Origin: Bacteroidota bacterium
GTDB taxonomy: Bacteria; Pseudomonadota; Alphaproteobacteria; Rhodospirillales; Magnetospirillaceae
Reading direction: 5' to 3'
NCBI GenBank assembly: GCA_050259735.1
Contig: JBLNBE010000066.1
Location: forward strand, 33,060-97,059
Length of the DNA stretch: 64,000 nt
The notes below the pieces were generated by a model, which saw only the letters and a list, made by a program, of their open reading frames with translations, ran no database searches and was not told the DNA's origin. Numbering within the stretch: position 1 is the first letter of the stretch; each line of letters starts with the position of its first letter. Below, one piece after another: positions 56,602 to 64,000 of the stretch. Position numbers and translations under genes: made by a program.

Positions 56602-58393
56602 GGGCGTTTCCTTGCTCCGTTGGCCCGGCATCCGCAGGTTGGATGGCTGCCGGCGCCCGCAGGGGGAAGCGGATGGTGTAGTGGACGCCACGCCCGGCCT
56701 GGCTTTCCAGCGTCAGGGTGCCGCCAAGCGTGCGGTGGACGATGTTGTGGACGATGTTCAGGCCCAATCCGCTGCCGCCCGATCCGCGCCGAGTGGTGAA
56801 GAAGGGGTCGAAGACCTGGGTGTGCAGGGCGATGGGGATGCCCTTGCCGTTGTCGGAATAGACCAGCTCCAGCATGTCGCCGTCGATGCGGGCGGCGATG
56901 TCGATGACGCCGGCGCGGCCGTCGTCGAAGCCGTGCATCACCGAATTGACCATCAGATTGGTCAGCACCTGGCTGAGTGCGCCGGGATAGGAGTCCAACT
57001 CGATGTCGTCGGGGATGTAGGTGTCGATGCGGTGCGGCGTGCGCTTGAACTGGGGTTTCAGCGACAGCACCACCTCGGCGACGTATTCGGCCAGGTTGAA
57101 GCCCCGCCGCTCGCCCGAGGTCTGGTCCACCGCCACCTGTTTGAAGCCGTGGATCAGCTCGGCGGCGCGCTGGCAGTTGGACAGGGTCAGCCGCACCGAT
57201 TCGTCGGCGTTGGTCAGATAGCCTTGCAGCATGCTGGCGGTCAGCGTCTGCGCCTCCAGGGCGGTGCGCAGCTCGGTGGTTTCCTTGGCCAGGTACGAGG
57301 CGGCGGTGACGGCATTGCCCACCGGCGTGTTGATTTCGTGGGCGATGCCGGCCACCAGCCCGCCCAGCGCCGCCAGCTTTTCGGTGCGCACCATGGCGTC
57401 CTGGGTCTGCCGCAGCTCGGCCAACGCCGCTTCCGCCTGTTCCTTGGCGGCCGAGACCTCGCCCACCAGCCGCTCGCGCCCCATTGTCTGGCGATGCAGA
57501 TGGGCGGTCAGCACGATCAGCGCCGCTGTCAGGACCAGTGCCGCCGCCATCACCGGCACGGCGATGGTGGCCCATTCGCTCACCACGCTTTCCACCGGCA
57601 GGCTGGCGGCGATCACCATGGGATAATGCGGCACTTGGCGCAGGGTGATGATGCGCGTGCGGCCATCGAACGGCGACAGCACATGGACGGTGCGGGCGCG
57701 GTCGCCATCCAGCGCGCCCAGCGTGAACTTGCGCCCGATCTGGTCGGCGGCGGCCGGCGAGCGGGCGAACAAGGTGCCGTCGTGGTGCAGCAGGGCGATG
57801 GCGACGTCCTCGCCCTCGGCGCTCTCGCGCAGGGCGTCGAACGATTCGGCCAGTTCCTTGAGGTCGATGGTGGCGGCGACCACGCCGGCGAACTCGCCCT
57901 CCGCTCCCGACAGCCGGCGCGACAGCGGGAAGAACCGGCGGCCCGGCACCAGGCGCGACACATTGGGGCGGCCGATGAAGCGGCCGACATCGGCGTCGTC
58001 GTGATGGGCGACCACGTAGTCGCGGTCGGACAGGTCGGCGGCGCGGTCTTGGGTGCCGGCGACGATGTCGCCATGCGGGTCGAACACGAACAGATTGAGC
58101 AAGTTGGGGTGCTGCGCCTTCTGCCGGCGCAAGTGCCCGGTCAGGAACGATGCGGGCAGGGCGTCGGCCAGCAATCCCTGGACGTCGACCAAAATCTGGT
58201 CGTAGGTGTCGAGCGAGCGGGTGGTGAAATCGGCATGGATTTGGGCAAGCGCCTGGGTGCGCTGCTCGGCACGGCCTTCGGCGTCGCGATAGGCCTGCCA
58301 CAGCGCCAGGACGGCGATGATGTTGACGACAAGGACGGCAATGGCGCCCAGGCTGCGTACACTCAGCCGCGAGCCGCCGCGAACAATCCCCAT
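56594..58393 (-). CDS. Sensor histidine kinase (2 TM, Cache-like periplasmic domain, HisKA-like, HATPase_c)
   Basis: H-box LVAGIAHEINTPVGNA. N-box LTNLMVNSVMHG. G-boxes DNGKGI and GSGLGLNIVHNIV. The stop overlaps the regulator start by 8 nt. Confidence 0.85.
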   Translation of the reverse strand: MGIVRGGSRLSVRSLGAIAVLVVNIIAVLALWQAYRDAEGRAEQRTQALAQIHADFTTRSLDTYDQILVDVQGLLADALPASFLTGHLRRQKAQHPNLLNLFVFDPHGDIVAGTQDRAADLSDRDYVVAHHDDADVGRFIGRPNVSRLVPGRRFFPLSRRLSGAEGEFAGVVAATIDLKELAESFDALRESAEGEDVAIALLHHDGTLFARSPAAADQIGRKFTLGALDGDRARTVHVLSPFDGRTRIITLRQVPHYPMVIAASLPVESVVSEWATIAVPVMAAALVLTAALIVLTAHLHRQTMGRERLVGEVSAAKEQAEAALAELRQTQDAMVRTEKLAALGGLVAGIAHEINTPVGNAVTAASYLAKETTELRTALEAQTLTASMLQGYLTNADESVRLTLSNCQRAAELIHGFKQVAVDQTSGERRGFNLAEYVAEVVLSLKPQFKRTPHRIDTYIPDDIELDSYPGALSQVLTNLMVNSVMHGFDDGRAGVIDIAARIDGDMLELVYSDNGKGIPIALHTQVFDPFFTTRRGSGGSGLGLNIVHNIVHRTLGGTLTLESQAGRGVHYTIRFPLRAPAAIQPADAGPTEQGNAHD

Positions 58394-58488
58394 ACCCTTC
58401 TGCCCCGCACGGAGCCGAACCCAAATGTGGATTTACCAGCAGGCGTCGGCGGCGAGAAGCGATTTTTGGTGATGGTTGGCCATCATAT

Positions 58489-59895
58489 TCAACCTAAGGC
58501 ATCGGCCCGTGGCAGGGTGACGGCGAAGGTGGAGCCTTCGCCCGGCACCGATTCGATCATCAGGGCGCCGCGATGGCGGTTGACGATGTGCTTGACGATG
58601 GCCAGGCCCAGGCCGGTGCCGCCCATCTTGCGCGAGCGCGCGGTGTCGACGCGGTAGAACCGTTCGGTCAGGCGCGGCAGGTGTTCCTTGGCGATGCCGT
58701 CGCCGTGATCGCGCACCGCCAGCACCACCGCCGCCCCGGGCGCCAGGGCGTTGCCGGCGGCGGCCGGCAAGGTGTCGGGCACGCTCAGCGACACCTCGAC
58801 GGCGGTGCCGTCGCGGCCGTATTTGACCGCGTTGTCCATCAGGTTCTGCACCAGTTGGGCCAGTTCGTCCGGCTCGCCCACCACCTGGCGGGCGGCCTCG
58901 TCCAGGTCGGTGACGATGGTCATCGCCTTGGCCTTGGCCAGCGGTTGCAGCGCCGCTACCGCCACCTCGATGGTGCGGCCCAGATCGACGGCGCTCTTCG
59001 GCTTGGAATGCTCGTTCAGCTCGATGCGCGACAGGCTCAGCAGGTCGTTGACCAGCCGCGCCATGCGCGCCGCCTGTTCCTGCATGATGCCCAGGAACTG
59101 CTCGCGCGCGTCGGCGTCGTCACGCGCCGGGCCGCGCAGGGTTTCGATGAAACCAAGCAGGCTGGCCAGTGGCGTGCGCAGCTCGTGGCTGGCATTGGCG
59201 ACGAAATCGGCGCGCATCTGTTCCATGCGCTTGAGCGCGGTCAGGTCGTGCAGCGCCAGCACCGCCACGGTGTTGTCCATCACCCGCGACCCCAGGCGTT
59301 CGACACGGACCTGGAACGATCGTTCCACCGGCACCGGCAGGGTGAACTCGCCGACCCGGCCCGAGGCGCCGGCCAGCACCTCGTCGGTGGCTTCCAGCAC
59401 CGACGGATCGCGTAGCACTGCCGCCAGGTCGCGGCCGATGATGGTGGCGCCGAACACTCCCAGCGCCGACTGGTTGACCCGCACCACCCGGCGGTCGTCG
59501 GACAGCAGGATCAGCGGGTCGGGCAGGTTGTCGAACAGGGTTTCGTTCCAGCGCGCCGATTCCGCCAGTTCACGCTGGCGCGCCTGCCAGGCGCGGCGCA
59601 ACTGGGCGATGGCGCCGACGATCTCGGCCACCGGCGGTTCGCGCTCGATCTGCGGCGGCCGGGTGTCGAAGCCGGCGGCCAGCGCCCGCGCCCACGAGGT
59701 TACCGCCGACAGCGAGGCGAGATAGGGTCGCACCAGCAGCCCCACCAGCACGGTGACCGCCACCCAACCGAAGATGGCGGCCATCATGTTGAGCTTGAGC
59801 AGCGCCACCATCACCACCAGCATGGCGGCGGTGGGCACCGACAACAGCAAGGCGGCGGCAACGACCCTGCCGACGGTAAGGCCGTGCCGCTCCAT
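58489..59895 (-). CDS. phoR: PhoR-like phosphate-regulon sensor histidine kinase (2 TM, PAS, HisKA, HATPase_c)
   Basis: MRADFVANASHELRTPLASLLGFIETL. N-box LMDNAVKYG. DHGDGI. GGTGLGLAIVKHIVNRHRGAL. A PAS domain lies between the second TM and HisKA. No pst/phoB genes in the window. Confidence 0.75.
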   Translation of the reverse strand: MERHGLTVGRVVAAALLLSVPTAAMLVVMVALLKLNMMAAIFGWVAVTVLVGLLVRPYLASLSAVTSWARALAAGFDTRPPQIEREPPVAEIVGAIAQLRRAWQARQRELAESARWNETLFDNLPDPLILLSDDRRVVRVNQSALGVFGATIIGRDLAAVLRDPSVLEATDEVLAGASGRVGEFTLPVPVERSFQVRVERLGSRVMDNTVAVLALHDLTALKRMEQMRADFVANASHELRTPLASLLGFIETLRGPARDDADAREQFLGIMQEQAARMARLVNDLLSLSRIELNEHSKPKSAVDLGRTIEVAVAALQPLAKAKAMTIVTDLDEAARQVVGEPDELAQLVQNLMDNAVKYGRDGTAVEVSLSVPDTLPAAAGNALAPGAAVVLAVRDHGDGIAKEHLPRLTERFYRVDTARSRKMGGTGLGLAIVKHIVNRHRGALMIESVPGEGSTFAVTLPRADALG

Positions 59896-59898
59896 CCC

Positions 59899-62184
<2,286 letters not shown>

Positions 62185-62262
62185 GGCTGGGCGTCCTGGG
62201 CGGTCGTCTTGGGAAGCGAGGCGGGCGCGGCGACGCGCCCTTTTCGCTGGAACTTGGCGCTT

Positions 62263-62769
62263 TTAACGCCCTTTTCGCTCGAACACATGGAGATTTTGCG
62301 CGCCCGCGTCATGCAGGATCGCCTTGGCCCGGCTTTCGGCCGTGGGGTCGGTCACCGACACCCACAGCACCACGCTGCCGGCGGCCAGCGCCTTGGCGAA
62401 TTGCTCGGAATCGGGCAAGGCGGCGACTTCGTCCAACAGTTCCTTGGCGGCGACGCCGCCGACACCGGCGGCGACCAAGCCGGCGATGACCGCGCCCACC
62501 GGTCCGGCGGCCACGGCGATCAGGCCGGCGGCGACCAGCGGGCCTTCGTATTTCAACTCGCCCACCAGGGCGACCAGGGCATCCTTCCACGACTTGCCGG
62601 GCCGCGCCGCGGCGGTGTCGATGGATTCGTGGGACGACAGCACCGACAGGTCGGTGCGGGCGAAGCCGGCCTTGAACAGGGCGTCAACGGCGGCCTGGAA
62701 ATGTTCGCGGTCGGCGAAAGTGCCCACAACCTCGCGGGTGGGAGCGGTATTGTTATTGGTGGCGGTCAT
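62263..62769 (-). CDS. Hypothetical glycine-zipper membrane/stress protein (DUF1269/YflT-like)
   Basis: ATG at 62769, preceded by GGAGGG. VVGTFADREHFQAAVDALFKAGF, then the Gly/Ala-rich hydrophobic segment GPLVAAGLIAVAAGPVGAVIAGLVAAGVGGVAA. Confidence 0.55.
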   Translation of the reverse strand: MTATNNNTAPTREVVGTFADREHFQAAVDALFKAGFARTDLSVLSSHESIDTAAARPGKSWKDALVALVGELKYEGPLVAAGLIAVAAGPVGAVIAGLVAAGVGGVAAKELLDEVAALPDSEQFAKALAAGSVVLWVSVTDPTAESRAKAILHDAGAQNLHVFERKGR

Positions 62770-62972
62770 GGGACCCTCCGTCGGTTGCCGGGGGGAATCA
62801 TTGTGCGCCATCGCCGGACACCTGCATAGAGGGGTGCTGAGGAGGCGCCATCCTAGCGTGCGGCCGCCCCGGCGGGTTTGAAACCTTCGTGACAGCGACC
62901 CATGGTTTGCGCCGGGGGGACGTCATGCTAACGTGCGCTCCCGCCGCCGTGTTCATTGCCGGATCAAAACCA

Positions 62973-64000
62973 GTGACTGCCGAGACCCCGGACATTCCCG
63001 CCGACGCCACGCCGATGATGGCCCAGTACCTGGCCATCAAGCGGGCGCATCCCGACTGCCTGCTGTTCTATCGCATGGGCGATTTCTACGAGCTGTTCTT
63101 CGACGACGCCGTGCGCGCGGCGGCGGCGCTGGACATCGCGTTGACCAAGCGGGGCAAGCATCTGGGCGAGGACATCCAGATGTGCGGCGTGCCGATCCGC
63201 TCGTACGAGGTCTATCTGTCCAAGCTGGTGCGCTCGGGCTTCAAGGTCGCCATCGCCGAGCAGACCGAGGACCCGGCCGAGGCCAAGAAGCGCGGCGCCA
63301 AATCGGTGGTGGCGCGCGACGTCATCCGCATCGTCACGCCGGGCACGCTGACCGAGGACAACCTGCTGGATGCGCGCTCGCACAATTACCTGGCGGCGCT
63401 GGCCGAGGCGCAGGGCGGGCTGGGTCTGGCCTGGGTCGACGTCTCGACCGGCGATTTCGCCATGCAGGCGGTGGAGTTTTCCCACTTGGCCGCCGCCCTG
63501 GCGCGGCTGTCGCCCGGCGAATTGCTGGTGCCCGACCGGCTGGTGGGTAACGAGAGCCTGTTCGAAACCTGGGCCGAATGGAAAGACGTGCTGACGCCGC
63601 TGCCCAGCGTCCGTTTCGACTCCGAAAATTCCCGCCGCCGACTCGAGGCGCTGTATGGCGTCGGTGCGCTTGACGGCTTCGGTGCCTTCTCGCGCGCCGA
63701 GTTGGCCGCCGGTGGCGCCCTGGTCGATTACGTCGAGCTGACCCAGAAGGGCAAGCTGCCGCGTCTCAATCCGCCGCGCCGGCTGGCCCAGGGCGCGGTG
63801 ATGGAAATCGACGCCGCCACCCGGCGCAACCTGGAACTGACCGAGACGCTGAGCGGCGAGCGACGCGGCAGCTTGCTCGCCACCATCGACCGCACGGTGA
63901 CCGGCGCCGGCGCCCGCCTGCTGGCGGCGCGGCTGGCGGCGCCGCTGACCGATCCGGCGGCCATCGACGCCCGGCTGGACGCGCTGGGCTTTTTCGTCGA
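62973..64000 (+). CDS. mutS: DNA mismatch repair protein MutS, N-terminal part (continues past window end)
   Basis: Own translation from GTG 62973 (or ATG 63015): ...[34 protein letters not shown]...[16 protein letters not shown]...AIAEQTEDP. Not in the track because no stop lies in the window. Confidence 0.9.
   Translation, partial: MTAETPDIPADATPMMAQYLAIKRAHPDCLLFYRMGDFYELFFDDAVRAAAALDIALTKRGKHLGEDIQMCGVPIRSYEVYLSKLVRSGFKVAIAEQTEDPAEAKKRGAKSVVARDVIRIVTPGTLTEDNLLDARSHNYLAALAEAQGGLGLAWVDVSTGDFAMQAVEFSHLAAALARLSPGELLVPDRLVGNESLFETWAEWKDVLTPLPSVRFDSENSRRRLEALYGVGALDGFGAFSRAELAAGGALVDYVELTQKGKLPRLNPPRRLAQGAVMEIDAATRRNLELTETLSGERRGSLLATIDRTVTGAGARLLAARLAAPLTDPAAIDARLDALGFFV

Noticed and set aside
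56483-58657. 724-aa plus-strand ORF, together with other frames over the kinase genes
   Set aside because: It is antisense to the Cache kinase, whose H, N and G boxes are unambiguous.

Overview
This is a high-GC chromosomal segment, about two-thirds G+C by eye. Its gene content and repeat types look alphaproteobacterial, Rhodospirillales/Magnetospirillum-like, but that taxonomy is inference only. I support 56 protein-coding genes, one tRNA-Arg(ACG), a few intrinsic terminators and regulatory palindromes, and several families of REP/MITE-like palindromic repeats. I saw no rRNA, CRISPR array, transposase, integrase or phage gene. The main blocks are as follows. (1) A split cobalamin-biosynthesis cluster of the early-cobalt type: cobD; cbiX, an X-cobH fusion, cobL, cobI and a cbiG-cobJ fusion; cobM; and on the other strand hemerythrin-cobA-DsbD_2-Sco-cobB. 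Unrelated genes interrupt it (small anti-sigma-like and secreted proteins, PBP1A, phaZ, ycgN). (2) An envelope glycolipid-remodelling trio (secreted deacetylase, ArnT-like GT-C transferase, PAP2 phosphatase), a two-domain cold-shock protein and a coiled-coil lipoprotein. (3) A signalling block: a sensor-less hybrid kinase-HPt followed by a SiaB/SiaC/SiaA-like partner-switching cassette, then YccF, a Cache/PAS kinase and an atypical OmpR-type regulator. (4) Housekeeping genes (ribA, yggS, thiE-like, porin, ccmAB, acnB, acnA, gpt, ggt, maeB, phoR, mutS), with a compositionally foreign leucine-rich-repeat gene wedged between the two aconitase genes. (5) A Cache kinase / receiver-GGDEF pair. Most long ORFs in the supplied track that run antisense to these genes are high-GC shadow ORFs, and I rejected them. 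The most novel-looking items are the partner-switching cassette without an output gene, the LRR protein with an unassignable C-terminal half, the unassigned ~300-aa domain fused to CobH, and the Sco/DsbD_2 pair embedded in a cob operon. All family assignments rest on motif recognition by eye; no database search was run.
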